NCBI GenBank assembly: GCA_951406725.2
Contig: OX597833.1
Coordinates: forward strand, 43,524,001-43,588,000
DNA length: 64,000 nucleotides
Source: Octopus vulgaris
Lineage: Eukaryota
Direction: 5' to 3'
Shown here: piece by piece, positions 42,031-55,599 of the stretch
Numbering within the stretch: position 1 is the first letter of the stretch
Layout of the letters: each line of letters starts with the position of its first letter
Program-made: the position numbers and the translations under genes
The notes under the pieces: model-generated
Database searches by the model: none
What the model was told of the DNA's origin: nothing
The model's input: only the letters and a program-made list of their open reading frames with translations

Positions 42031-42414
42031 GTCTAGTCAAACAATCCAAGTACTTATTCTTTCAATCTCTTCTGCTGAACCAACAAGTTACTAATATGGC
42101 ACCGGTATCTGCAACAACCGTTATTCTGCTTGGCTTGATATGACTTTTTCTAAAGCATGACATAATGCCAAAGTTCTCAGTCATTGCCTCTGTGAAGCCC
42201 AACACTCGAAAGGAACTCAGCCACTTTGCCTGTGAGGCCCAATATATATATATATATATACAAATTATATACGTTTTTATTATTATTATTTTGCAATTTA
42301 CTTAATCATTGACATTTTATCGTTATTTTAATTTCAATATTTCTTTTATATGTAATTTTCTAGATGGTGTAATTTAATTGTTCATTTTGAATTGATAGGT
42401 GGTTTTTTTTTCTA

Positions 42415-42455
<41 letters not shown>

Positions 42456-44473
42456 TGTGTGAAATTTGATTTAGTTTTTTTTCCTTGTAAGTTTGGATTT
42501 TATTCCCTCAAGTAATAATTATATATATATATATATCCCTCTCTCTCTTTGGGAGAGGCACTGAGCAGCTATACGCACACATACACACACAGCAGTAACT
42601 TCCGCCTACCGAATTCAATCACAAAACTCCGGTCAGCTTGGGGCTATAGTAGAAGACACCTGCCCAAAGTGCCATGCAGTGGGACTGAACCCGAAACCAT
42701 GTAGTTAGGAAGTAAGCTCCCTAACCACACAGCCATGCCCGCGCCTACAGAAATGTATTATATATATATATGCAGATGTGACTGTGTGGTTATGAATTTT
42801 GATATCTAACCTTATGGTTTTAGTTTCAGTCCCACTACTACAGATCAAAGATATGTGAGTGGATTTGGTAGACAAACTGAAAGAAGTAGGCTGTGTGCAG
42901 TGTGCACATACCTCCTTATTTCAACATTGCATGATGTTTGCAAATGAGTATTGCTGTCATACAAGTAGTGTCATTCGTTTCCTATATCCAGCGGATATAG
43001 GAAAATATGTTGCTTGGAAACATTCATCAGTGACATGAACAACATCTGACATGAACAACTCTGTCTGGTCCATGCAAGCATGGAAAAGTGGATTTTAAAA
43101 TGGTGATATACACACACATATACATACAAATATATATATATACACATACATAAATGAATAAATACATATATATGCATACATATACATAAATATACAGGCA
43201 TACATATACATACATAAATGATGATGATATATATGCATACACACGCATGTTCATTTTCTATGCTAGCATAGTTTGGACTGGAACCTATTTGAGGCAGGAT
43301 GCTTAAATTGATCCCTGTTTTTCCAAGTGCAGAATAACTTTTCCTTTTATTTTATAGATCGTTGAGTGCACAGAGTAAGCAGTCATAATGCTTAGACATT
43401 TTAACACTGAGTCCCTGATCCACTGACAAGCAAAATTATGACACGATAAGATCAACACACACAATCGAATACATATATACAGAGATACACATGGTAGGTT
43501 TCCATACAGTTTTTAGGAATCAAATTCACACACTAGACATGATTTGGCCCAAGGCTATGAAAGGTGTTGTGGTAGCTAAGTCTAACATGAAGTGTGTAAA
43601 TAATGTTACATGTATTTATGCATGGCAAGTCACTGGTAGTGCTACTGGCGACCCAGTAAACCCTGCTGCATGGTCAGGCCTTTGACAACCTACCAAACTT
43701 GCTTGGTAAAGAGGGTGGTTTGCATAGGGCATCTTGCAGGATGAAAAACAGGAACAATGAATGGATGGATGAACTTAGTACAACAGCTGGACATTAGAGA
43801 GCCACTAGTTTTTGTTTAGATATTTCTCATGGATAAGGAAAACTTTGATATAACACCTGCAACTCTGCATCCAATGATGTAGACAATTTCTTTTTGGGGC
43901 AATGAATATGTTGTTAAGATAGTGGAACTGACCCTATGCAAGTCCTTTCCTAACTTTAAAAAGCTACAGACAGAGGCATGTTGTGTAATATGGTAGACCA
44001 TAGTTAACAATGAAAGAGTCCATGATGGGATGAAGGTGTGTGTAAGACTGGATGGTAAGCTCTCTGAACACCTGCTGCAAGAGGTGCCCACCATTACCAC
44101 ACCTATGCAAAAGTGTGTTGGTCCCTAGCAGGACTGAAAAGGCACATCTGTGTAGCTTGTATTTAACCCTTTAGCATTCAAATTACTCTGTTGAATGTAA
44201 AGCTTATTTGTTCACAATATTTTGAATTAATCTTGCAGCTTCAAGTTGGTGGGTTAATGTCACCGTAACCTAATGGGTTGGCAAAAGCGACCGACAGAAT
44301 AAGTACTAGGCCTTAGAAAAATAAGTCTTGGGGGTAGACTTGTTCTACTAAAACACCTTTCAAGGTAGTGTGCCAGCATAGCCACAGTCAAATGACTGAA
44401 ACAAGGTATATATACATACGCAAATACACATAAGCATACATACATATATATACATACACACATATATATATAT

Positions 44474-44773
44474 ATTACGGAGATGTACTTGCATAGCAAG
44501 TGATTTGATCTGAGATCGTGTGCTGAAACGAAAACAATTGCAGCGTGGAAGGTGTTTGTAAGCCATTTAAGAAACACACAAAAGCTGTTCGATTCACTTC
44601 AACATTTAAGTTTAATTCATCTGAGATGCAGCACGGATTTTTGACAGTGAACAGGTCGTGGTCTTAAAGCGACGAAAATATTTTGACAAATTAAACTTAA
44701 ATGTTGAAGTGAATCGAATGGCTTTTGTGTGTTTCTTAAATGGCTTACAAACACCTTCCACGCTGCAATTGTT

Positions 44774-44774
<1 letters not shown>
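44474..44774. mobile_element. (TA)n-embedded fold-back element (86-bp arms)
   Basis: Arms 44532-44617 and 44689-44774 are nearly perfect reverse complements. Confidence 0.75.
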
Positions 44775-44808
<34 letters not shown>

Positions 44809-46316
44809 TACATACACACACACATACATCCATTTACAATAAAAAACTTATAGAACTTAAAGTGCGTTTGTGACAGCATGAGTGTCCCATATGTGCATGT
44901 ATGCATTCACCCACACAGACTGACTGTCAGTCCTATGCCTGCTTCTTGTCATCCCTAGACATGCATACAACCATCTCCATAAGAAACTTTCTTCAGTAGC
45001 AGAAGCATCACTAAATGAAATAAACTGAAAACACATTTAATAAAAAGTTTGTGTGTTTGTGTGTGAATGTGTGTTTGTAAAAAGAAAGAAAAAAAAAAAA
45101 AACAAATTTAAAAGAGCTTCAAAGTCCATAAAATATTTTTCACTTTTAATTTTCAAAATTGTTTATTCTTTAAAAAAATTATTGTATTCATTCTTTACAG
45201 TCTTTACAGGCATTCAGATTACCATGTTTAATGTAATGCTTTATTTAATCACATTGTTTTGAATTAATCATGCATTATCTCATACCGTAAAGATGTTCAT
45301 GATGTGATTGCTTATTTTTAGAATGACATAATGGTGAGGGCGTGAGAAGACAGATCTGGATAGTTTTAACATAAAACAGGTACAATACTTGGGCGAGAAT
45401 ATTTATAGCCAGTTTATATGCTAAAAGATTAAAACTTTCAACATTGAAAAGTGGTAAAAATTTGACCAAGTTTACTCCCTAAATCTACCCTTAATATATA
45501 TACTTGTTTAGAAACTTTTTTTTTAATGGTTGCCATTCAGAGAAAGTGGAAATAAACCTCCATATTTACAATAACTATAACAGCAAGAGAGCTTTCTTCT
45601 CTTTTCTCTAATATTTTGATAACTGAACACAGCTATGCATTAATTATGCCATGACCCCTAAACCATTCAAGGACGATCAGCTGTAAATGTGGATTTCAAT
45701 GATATATTAGACACACACACACATACATAAATATACATACATATGCATACATATACATACATATGTATACATGTGCATATATACACACATATATACATAT
45801 TTATATACACATATATACACACACATATTTTACTCTTACTTGTATCAATAATTTGACTGACCATGCTGGAGCACCACATTATACATATATATACATATAC
45901 ATACACATAAATATATATACACACACACACACACATATGTGTGTGTGTAAACATATATATATATATATATATGTATGTATACATAGAGGTTATGAGAGAT
46001 AACGGTGTCAATAAGACCCAAAGGTATCAGGTAATGCTGAGTGAGTGCTATGGAAAGACCATAGTTAAGCTCCAGGTTCGGTGATTATGCGAATGAGGTG
46101 TCCAACGTAGGTCATATGTCAGTATGTGTATATATAAAAATTTTCAGAATGAGATAAAAATCCCAGACTGAAAGATTTTAGAAGATTTATAAATAGGTCT
46201 TGAAGGGATATATAAAATATCCCAGAAACAGCTGTAAGATCTTTTATTTATAAATGTTCTTATATCTTTCACAGCCTTGGATTTTTACCTCATTCTGAAA
46301 ATTTTTATACATATAT

Positions 46317-46350
<34 letters not shown>

Positions 46351-46919
46351 TTGAATAGTTTGGCAGGAGCTGTCCAATGGAAGACTGCACCAGACTTCTG
46401 TTTGTCTTGGCATGGTTTTTATGGCTGGATGCCCTTCCTAACACCAACCATATAGAGTGGTCAAAGTGCTTTTTTAGGTGGCTCCAGCACGACCGAAGTC
46501 AGTTTTTGGTATGGTTTTTACAGCTGGATTCCCTTCCAAATGCCAAACCACATTACTGGATACTTCTTAAGTGGCACCTACATTGACAGGGTCACCAAGT
46601 AACTTTTCAAGACAAGGAATCTTTGAGAGAGGAGGGGGCATGGGAAGAGGTGATCTTGTGTCAGATGATGAAACATTAAACACAAAAATAGATGTCTTGC
46701 TGTAGAGGAGGTATGTGGTTACCTGGCCAGGGAGGGAGATGGAAAGAGAGTTAACAAGAATGAAGACAGAGAAATATGCTGCTATGAAGGAGATACCTAG
46801 TTACCCAGTCAGATAAACAAACAAGAGGAGAAAGAGTGGGAGACATGAAGAGAGCTGGAGAGAAATGTCAGTGAAGTGCCAGGGTATACTGAAAGGAATG
46901 GGGATCAAGGCATATATAC

Positions 46920-47288
46920 TTTTATTCTTTTACTTGTTTCAGTCATTTGACTGTGGCCATGCTGGCGCAAATGGACCCCAGGACTTTTTTTTTTTTTTGG
47001 TAAGCCTAGTACTTATTCTATCAGGCTCTTTTACTGAACTGCTAAGTTACAGGGGACGTAAACACACCAGCATAAGCTGTCAAGTGATGGGTGGGCGGGA
47101 GACAAACACAGACACACAAATACATACATATATGACAGGCTTCTTTCAGTTTCTTTCTACAAAATCCACTCACAAGGTTTTGTTCAGCCCAAGGCTACAG
47201 TAGAAGACACTTGCTCAAAGTGCCACGCAGTGGGACTGAACCTGGAACCATGGGGTTGGGAAGCAGTCTTCTTACCACACAGCCACTC
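46920..47288 (-). mobile_element. Family-A SINE
   Basis: Similarity to the 24076 copy. Confidence 0.75.
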
Positions 47289-47996
47289 AGGACAGTAGAG
47301 TAAGGAAAAGCAAGATAAATGGTGGCAAGTGCCAGGGCATACCCTGAAGGTACTGAGGTCCTAATATACATGATAGGATATTGCCAAGAACGGTGCAAGT
47401 AGATGGGTTGGGGGAAAGCAACAATACAGTGAGCAGGGCAGTGAGGACAAGATTGGGAAGTGGGAAATAATCATAGTGGATGAAGAGGAAATGTGAGGAA
47501 GAGAAAAGATGAGAGTTTGGGAGAGGAGATGTAGTTTGGTATGCTGAGGTAGGGTGTGTGAAAATTTTATTTTATTGTATTGCTAAGTGTGGAAGTGAAA
47601 CACAATGTTTCTAGAACTCAGGTTCTCTGACATGGACATGTCTTCCCATCCAACCCATGTAAGCATGGAAAAGCGGATGTTAAAAAATAAAAATATGTAT
47701 GTATGTGTGTGTGTATATATAAGTTAATATTTGAATGTTGGGTATGTTCCTAGTAAAGCACATTCACAGTCTATGGGTACCTGATGTCATCCACGGTAAT
47801 TGCTCAATTGTCGCTAGAGCTACCTCAGGAATTCCTTAGTGTGTGTTGAGTATAAAACAAATAATAGAGATGGTATTTGGAATACGCAGGAAGTTTTACT
47901 GCTCACACTGTTCACTCGACAATGCAGGATGTATCGGAATGATTGTTGTGAGCAATAAAGTTTCCTATGCATTCCATATCCTATCATGTCTTTATA

Positions 47997-48044
<48 letters not shown>

Positions 48045-50548
48045 AATATACACATATAAACACATATACATGCCAGGCCTGCCTGCCTGACTGGCTCCTG
48101 TGCCAGTGGGACGTAAAAAGCACCCACTACACTCTCAGAGTGGTTGGCATTAGGAAGGGCAACCAGCTGTAAAAACACTGCCAGATCAGATTGGAGCCTG
48201 GTGCAGTCACTGGCTCTCCAGACCTCAGTCAAGCCGTCTAACCCATGGTAGCATGGAAAAACAGACATTAAATAGAGGATAACATACATACACACACAGA
48301 TATATATATACATACATACATACATACATACATACATGGCAAGCTATATATATATACATACATACATGGCAAGCTAAGTATCATGATAGTTATCATCATA
48401 ATAGCTTTTAGAATTAACAAGTGATTAACAAGTGAAAAACACTATAAACTCATTTCCAACTTTGTTTTGTTAAAAGCCAGCTGATGCGCATCTGAAGTGT
48501 ACTGTCAACAACATTATCACATACCTCACTCCCTTAACACACACACACACACACACACACATAATGCCAGGAGCTTAAAGTGTAATTTGCAAAATATCCC
48601 TAAATGGAATCTCACATTTCCCTGTTACAGGATATAAATACTTCATGGAAAGACTAATCTAAAGTAGAAAGGAAATATATGCAGTGACACACAGAGTCAG
48701 AAAATATGTACAAGTGATAAGCAGTACTCTTTTTTTTAATGATTCAAAAATTTTTCAGTCTAATTATTTTCAAAGTAAATTTAGAATTTCACTGAATTTA
48801 TCTATATTCTGAAAAGCATGAGGAAATCCATTTATTATTATTATTTTTTTTTAATGTCTTTTTAACCATTTTTACTTCGAACAATATTGATCTCCAGCTT
48901 TGGAATAAGGTCACAGCTTTATTGGGATACATATAATCAATTTAATCAACCCCTACTTTATGACTTGTAATTACCTCTATTGATGTCAGAAGAAAAAAAA
49001 AAAAACTAAGATTGAGCCTGGCGGGATTTCTAATTTGCAATAATAGTGGGATGGAATGAAAATACTGTATAACATTTTGTTTGTTGTCTAGATTTTGCCA
49101 GTCACTCACTGCCTTGTAACAAATGTGTCTGCCACAAGGCATCTTAATTTCTAAGACAAGCTGATAAAACAAATTGCGTTAATTGTTCAAACTGACCACA
49201 CCCAATTTTGTTGACACAGTATCTCAGACTGTTTTCCCCCCCAAAAAAAAAACACAGGGGAAATTACATATACAGAAAGTAGACTATCATATGTGCGCGC
49301 ACATGTGTGTGTGTGTGTGTGTGTGTGTGCGCATATTCATGTGTGTGTATCTGTCCCATAGTCTTGACATTGCATTAATGTTGTAAATGACTGTCATTCA
49401 TTTCCAATATTCTATGAAAGCAAGACAGGCCATGGGGAAATATTACCTAGCTTGGAAACAAGGGTTGGCAACAAGACCGGTATCTGGTTATAGAGAATCT
49501 GCCTCAATAAACTCCGTCTGATCCATGCAAACATGGAAAAGTGGACATTAAAACGATGATGATGACTGAATCAACCTTCATTCATGCCTTGTTTTTCATT
49601 TTAATGAACTCATCATCTGGCATGGATAATAAGGCAAAGCCGATTGTGGCAAGATATGAACTCTGAATATAAAGAGGACTACACATAGCATGAGACTTCT
49701 TAGCCTGCAATTTATGCTACAACATTACATTTCCTTTTTATAAATAACTAGAAAAAAACACAACCTTCCAGGTGGTTTTCACCTAGTTTATATAATTATC
49801 TTGGCTTTTGTAAATATAGACGTTATCCAAATTCTTGATGGCAGGGCCATGATTTCAGGGGAATTCGGTTGCTCTTTATAGCAGGTCAAGCAACCACACA
49901 ATCTTTTCCATACTGGCTTGAAGAAAACTTGGTTGATGTAGTTCCGTCTTAGATCAACCTTGACCAAACAGACCTATTATGAAAGATGCTTCAGTCACAA
50001 ACATCCTGTTTTTCTGCCTGTCAACATAACTACGCTGTCCAATATATCCTTCACTTAAGATGATAGAATGTGATTCAAGAGAGAATGAGCCACTATATTC
50101 TACAGGTTAAACGACCAAATAGAAGCTCTTTTGTTGATTATGGATACCAACTGACATGTACTGGTAACAATTTATACAGGGAACATAAAGCTGAGCAATA
50201 ATACAGCAAGTAAGACAATCTTAGCTGCCCAAAAACTTGTATTTTCTGCTTTATTATAGAGAGATGGTTAGTATAAGAGGTGTTGAGTCTCAATTGCATG
50301 GAGAGATATATTTACAGATAGATATACATATTTACATTAGATAAAAATAAGAATGCACCATCTTAAACTTTATCAAAAATCAACAGTATGTGTGAATCTA
50401 TAATTCTTAATTTGTTTTAAAAACGAAAGTTTTCAAAAAGGTGGGAAATGAATAAGGAATTGAAATCCTAAAATACCTTATGAGACTGAAGACCAAAGAT
50501 AATTAGGAAGAAAGATAAAACCTAAACCAACAAGTTGAGTATCATACC

Positions 50549-51202
50549 TATTTCTTTACTACCCATAAGGGGCTAAACACAGAGGGGACAAACAAGGACA
50601 GACACACGGATTAAGTCGATTATATCGACCCCAGTGCCCCAGTAAATTAAGTACCACTTACGCACTGGGGTCGATGTAATCGACTTAATCAGTTTGTCTG
50701 TCCTTCTTTGTCCTCTCTGTGGGTAGTAAATAGGTACTTATTTTATCAACCCTGATAGGATGAAAAACAAAGTTGACCTTGATGGAATTTGAAGTCATAA
50801 TGTACTAACAGCTGACACTGGGTAAACTGTATGAAATTCCTAACTACTCTTTTTCGGGTATACTGAGCAGGACAGCTTTGAGTCAGTCTTATCTTTTTTT
50901 TTTGTTTTTTGTTAATTACTCCCTTTATATTAGTAATATATTTCTTTATTGCCCACAAGGGGCTAAACATAGAGGGGACAAACAAAGACAGACAAAGGGA
51001 TTAAGTCAAATACATTGACCCCAGTGCGTAACTGGTACTTGATTTATCGATCCCAGTGCATAACTGGTACTTAATTTATTGACCCCGAAAGGATGAAAGG
51101 CAAAGTCGACCTCGGCGGAATTTGAACTCAGAACCTAACAGCAGACGAAATACCACAAAGCATTTCGCCCAGTGTGCTAACGATTCTGCCAGCTCGCCGC
51201 CC
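50549..51202 (-). mobile_element. Composite family-B SINE insertion bounded by a 13-bp direct repeat
   Basis: tgagtatcatacc at 50536-50548 and 51203-51215. Contains a full SINE (50940-51202) plus an inverted pair of SINE 3' halves (50549-50730). Confidence 0.75.
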
Positions 51203-51784
51203 TGAGTATCATACCATATTTAATCTGCCTGTCTGTCTGTCCTGGTTATGACAGCCGCAAGCATTCATGACATTATTTTTTGGGTCTTACTGTTGCTCAA
51301 GCTTTGAATTTGAATAATAATATCATCAGGTACACACATATATATTTACATACATACAATAGGCCACAAACATATACATACACAGCACTATGAACTGTAA
51401 TGGAACTGATGTTTTGCCTGCTTCTAAACAATTTAAATAATGATAATGTTGATTTATTAGAGTGACATAAAGCCACATATTTGTGAGGGAGGGGGTGAAT
51501 GAATCAACTACCAGTATTATACTAATACTGATTTTAATTGACCCCTCCCTGCTCCGGGGGTGAGTGGATGGAAGGCAAACTGAAGTCTGGTGGTACCTGA
51601 ACAGAATGTAGAGAAATTCTTTAACTAAATATAGCAAAGTATTAAGTTTGATGCTCTACTACTTCTTTCATCCAACCCACACAAATAGAAGTAATTATAA
51701 TAATGATGATGATGATAATCCTTCTGAAACTTTCTTTTTTTTAAAAAAAAAAAAATGTACATGATGAGAAAATACTAGAAAATT

Positions 51785-52126
51785 TCAATTTCTCGTCAAT
51801 TTTGCAATTTCTACCTCCGCATAAGGGGTTTCAGTTCTGGGTATATACTTGGAACGACGTGACTTCGAATCTTCCACAGCGAGTTGAAGCTCAGCATAGT
51901 GCAGTTGGTCTTGTAGGCCCACAGGCGGCGGGTGATTGGGTTTGGACGGAGGTGGTGGTGGTGGTGGTGGGGGATAGGGCTCATCCAACTCATCCATCTG
52001 ATCAGTGGCGTCGCCGTGAGACGGGAGAAACTCGGAGCCCTTTTTGGGATGATGTCGTCTGCTACCTTTTGCTTTGTTATTTTCATACACATGGTTGTCT
52101 GTCAGCGCCTCTGATGGTTCACTCTG
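51785..52126 (-). CDS. Terminal coding exon A: 113-aa cytoplasmic tail with VYEN, poly-proline, ITIM (LHYAEL) and ITSM-like (TPYAEV) motifs
   Basis: Non-repetitive, GC-richer ORF (track 51785..52141). Acceptor ctcctttttggcctatttccag|CAG AGT is a NAGNAG site, phase 0. Stop TGA at 51785-51787. Candidate AATAAA at 51453-51458. Confidence 0.85.
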   Translation of the reverse strand, partial: QSEPSEALTDNHVYENNKAKGSRRHHPKKGSEFLPSHGDATDQMDELDEPYPPPPPPPPPSKPNHPPPVGLQDQLHYAELQLAVEDSKSRRSKYIPRTETPYAEVEIAKLTRN

Positions 52127-52289
52127 CTGGAAATAGGCCAAAAAGGAGTCATACTAGATCACCCAAAACTAACTAAACAGTTATACAATACAGATATAAA
52201 TTTAAAAAAAAAAAAAAAAAAATCAATGATGGTAATGAAGATAATGATGATGATGATTTCTAATAAAAATGATAATAAAAACAATATAA

Positions 52290-54370
52290 ATAATAATGGT
52301 TTCAAATTTTAGCACAAGGCCAGTAATTTTTTATGAGAGAGGGGAGTCATTTACATCAATCCCAGAACTTGACTGGTAGCTATTTTATTGACCCAGAAGG
52401 ATGGAAGGCAAAGTCGACCATGGCAGAATTTGAACTCACAACATAAGGACAGACAAAATGCTGTGAAATATTTTGTCCAGCATGCTAATACTTCAACCAG
52501 CTTGCCACCTTTAAAAATAATTATAATAATCCCTTCTACTATAAGCACAGGGCCTGAAATTTTGGGGGAAGGGACTAGTTGACATCAACTCCAGGGTTTC
52601 ACTGGTACTTGATTTATTGACCCTGAAAGGGTGAAAGGAAAAGTTGACCTCGGCAGAATTTGAACTCAGTATGTAAAAATGGACGAAATATCACTGACCA
52701 TTTCGTCTGGAGTGCTAACAATTCTGCCAGCTCTCTACCTTAATACTACTACTACTAATAATAATAATCATGGCCTCTGATTTAGGCACAAGGCTAACAA
52801 TTTTGAGAGGAAGGAGTTAGTCAATACCATCAGTCTTGAAACTTGACCTGGTACTTGATCTTTCCAACCCCCAGTGATGAAAGACAAGGCTGATCTCAGT
52901 AAGATTTGAATAACTAATAAACACTGTGTAATACAATTTTTGTCCTTGGGTAGCAACTGTTATTTTCTATATGCTTACTCCTAGAAAGTATGAAAAATGG
53001 GCCAATATTTCCTTCAAACTTTGCTTTTGTTACATTTATTCAAACCCCAAAGAATCCCTCTCGACACATCACTGTGATGCTTCCCTACTACTCCTGTTCA
53101 TGGTCAGAGATGCACTATTATCAGCCACTAAGGGACATATCCAAGTGGTTCAGGTCAAGCAAATCTGTGGCATTGAGCAGAATATTTGCTATAATGATAT
53201 TTCTGCTTCAGCAATTGAGCAGAACCGGTCAATTTCAGAACATTGTTGTCCAGGTCACAAAAGCAAAGTTTGCAGGAATAATAGTCATTTCCTTTGATTT
53301 CTAAATAGAAGCAAAACGAAATAACCAAAGACTGAAAACAAAAAAAAATTGTTACACAGTGTAATTCCCATGTAGAGTTTGTTAGCCTTGAACATTTCTA
53401 TGCTGTATTTTAAGAGGTATCCAATTCTTAAGAATGATGATGATGATTTTAGGTAAGAATGGTCTACTACAATCAAACCTGGTACTTATTTTATTGACAT
53501 TCAGTACTTTACTGGTACATTACTTTGTTGGCTTATGAAAGCCAAAGTTGACTTCATTGAGATTTGAAATCAGAAAGGAAAGCACCCACAAAGCATTTTG
53601 TCAAGTCCTAATTTATCAACAATAAAGTCCTAGATTTAAGCACAAGTCCAGTAATCCTGCAATAAACCAGCATCCCATCCAGGGAGGAATATATATGCCA
53701 GAAGAACCAGGAACCCCACTCTATGTTCCTTACAACATAATGTGGACTAACCCAGCAATTTTGAAAGGAGTGGGTAAAGTCAGTAGCATCAACTCCATTT
53801 CGTAACTGGTACTTATTTTACTGACTCTGAAAGGATGAAAGACTAAGTTGACCATGGCAGAATTTTAACAGACCATAAAGAGCCTGAACAAATGCTGCAA
53901 AGCGGTTTTACCAATACTCTAATGATTCTGCCAACTGACCACCTTTGATTTCTGACATAGGCACAAAGCCAGAAATTTTTAAGGGAGGATGTTAGTTGAT
54001 AACATTGACCCTAACAAAAAAATAACTGACACTTTATTTTTGACCGCCAACAAAGTGAACAGTAAAGTTGACCTTGGTGAGATTTGAACTCAGAATGTAA
54101 AGAGCCGGAACGAATGCTGCAAAGCATTTTTCTGATATTCAAATGATTCAACAATAATAATATTAATGGCTTCAAATTTTGGTCATAAATTTTTAAAGGG
54201 TGGTTGGCTAGTTGACTACATTGACCCCAGTCCTAAACTGGTACTTATTTTATCAATTCCTGAGAGTATGCAAAGTAAAGTTGACACCAGTGGAATCTGA
54301 ACTTAGAAAATATGCCACTAACCATTTAGTCCAATGCACTAATGATCCTGCCAGCTTGCCACCTTACTAC
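52290..54370 (-). repeat. Head-to-tail array of degenerate family-B-type SINEs separated by (AAT)n; similar arrays at about 4110-5250, 6030-6400 and 23230-23810
   Basis: Repeated unit ttcaaattttggcacaaggccag...actggtacttattttattgacccc.aaggatgaaaggcaaagtcgacc..ggcagaatttgaactcag...ctgccagcttgccacc, all co-oriented. Confidence 0.75.
53004..53283. mobile_element. Degenerate MITE
   Basis: Imperfect TIR ttccttcaaactttgcttttgttac / gtcacaaaagcaaagtttgcaggaa. Confidence 0.5.
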
Positions 54371-55599
54371 AACTGCTACTACCTACCACCATTAAGAAGA
54401 AGGAGGGGAAGGAGAAGTGTGGTGAAACTTCCCAGAATTTAGTTGCGTTCATACTTTAAATACCACCAGTTACAACTTTGCCTTTCATTCTTTCAAAGAG
54501 CCTACGAAAATAACAAGAATCAATTTACTTGGATATCTACCCATCTTTCCCAATCTGTAAAAAGTGACCTGATTTTTTTCTATTCATATTTACTATGAAA
54601 TTTACTGCTCATATTTTCAAAATGGTTTGAATGTTACAACCTCATTTCCCTCCAAGCTTCTCTTAGAATATAGTTCTTCTCTATCACAAAGGCAAATTAA
54701 CTATAATTTTTTTTACAAGACAGTTTTTCCTTAAGTAGAAGGATGGTAGTCAAATCTATCTATTTAACTATCCATGTATATTGTATGTATTTATGTATGT
54801 ATGCATGCATGCATGCATGCAAGTGATGGTAGTATCTTATAGTCTGAGAAAGAAGGTTCTGCAATTTTTTGCTGAACAACCTGCACAAAAGATTTGCTTA
54901 TAGCGATCAGATGCATGTGCTGTGAATTAGTTCACTCCCTCTGTTAACTTGACATTTTCTGAACAGGTGCCCAGTCACATGTCAGGTGCATGGTTACATG
55001 CCAGGTGTTAAAGTGATAGCAGAGCAATGTATGATGAAATGCTTAGCTTAAGAACACAATGAAACCATGACCTCCCAATCATGAGTGCAACACCCTAACC
55101 TCTATATCATGTTCCGTCATGCATGTTTGTTTGTTTTGGTGAACCTTTACATGATATTACAGTTCAACACTTGATGCACAGTTTTTTTTACACTTTCTAT
55201 TATGTGTTGCATGCTATGGCTGGCTTTAAATGAGAAAGGCAAAGCATTTCATGAGAAATTCCATGATGAAATCGAAGTGTCAGTGTTGGTGGTAAACTCC
55301 CTCGACTCCTGCTGTAAGAGGTGTCCTTCATCAACACATCTATGCAAATGAGTGTAGGTCCCTAGCAGGATTGAAAAGCCACATCCATACTCATGTTTAA
55401 GAGAACAATAAAGCAATGACATTGCTTAGAATTAAGTTGCAGCCATCATGTTTGTACCTAGCTGTGATGGGGGGGGGGGTCTCGTTTAAGGTGCAAAGAA
55501 CTTAGCAAGTGGGTTAACAGTATGTTGTTAGGATTGTATTAATAATAGAGAGCAGGGATATTTGGGGGGAATATTTGGATATTTGGAGCAAGGATAAGT

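Noticed and set aside
51802-52176. Overlapping ORFs with poly-V, poly-W or poly-H
   Set aside because: Alternative frames or antisense of the poly-proline codons in exon A.
52290-54370. Repeat-spacer appearance suggestive of a CRISPR array
   Set aside because: Eukaryotic context; units are ~200-bp diverged SINE copies, not short identical repeats with unique spacers.
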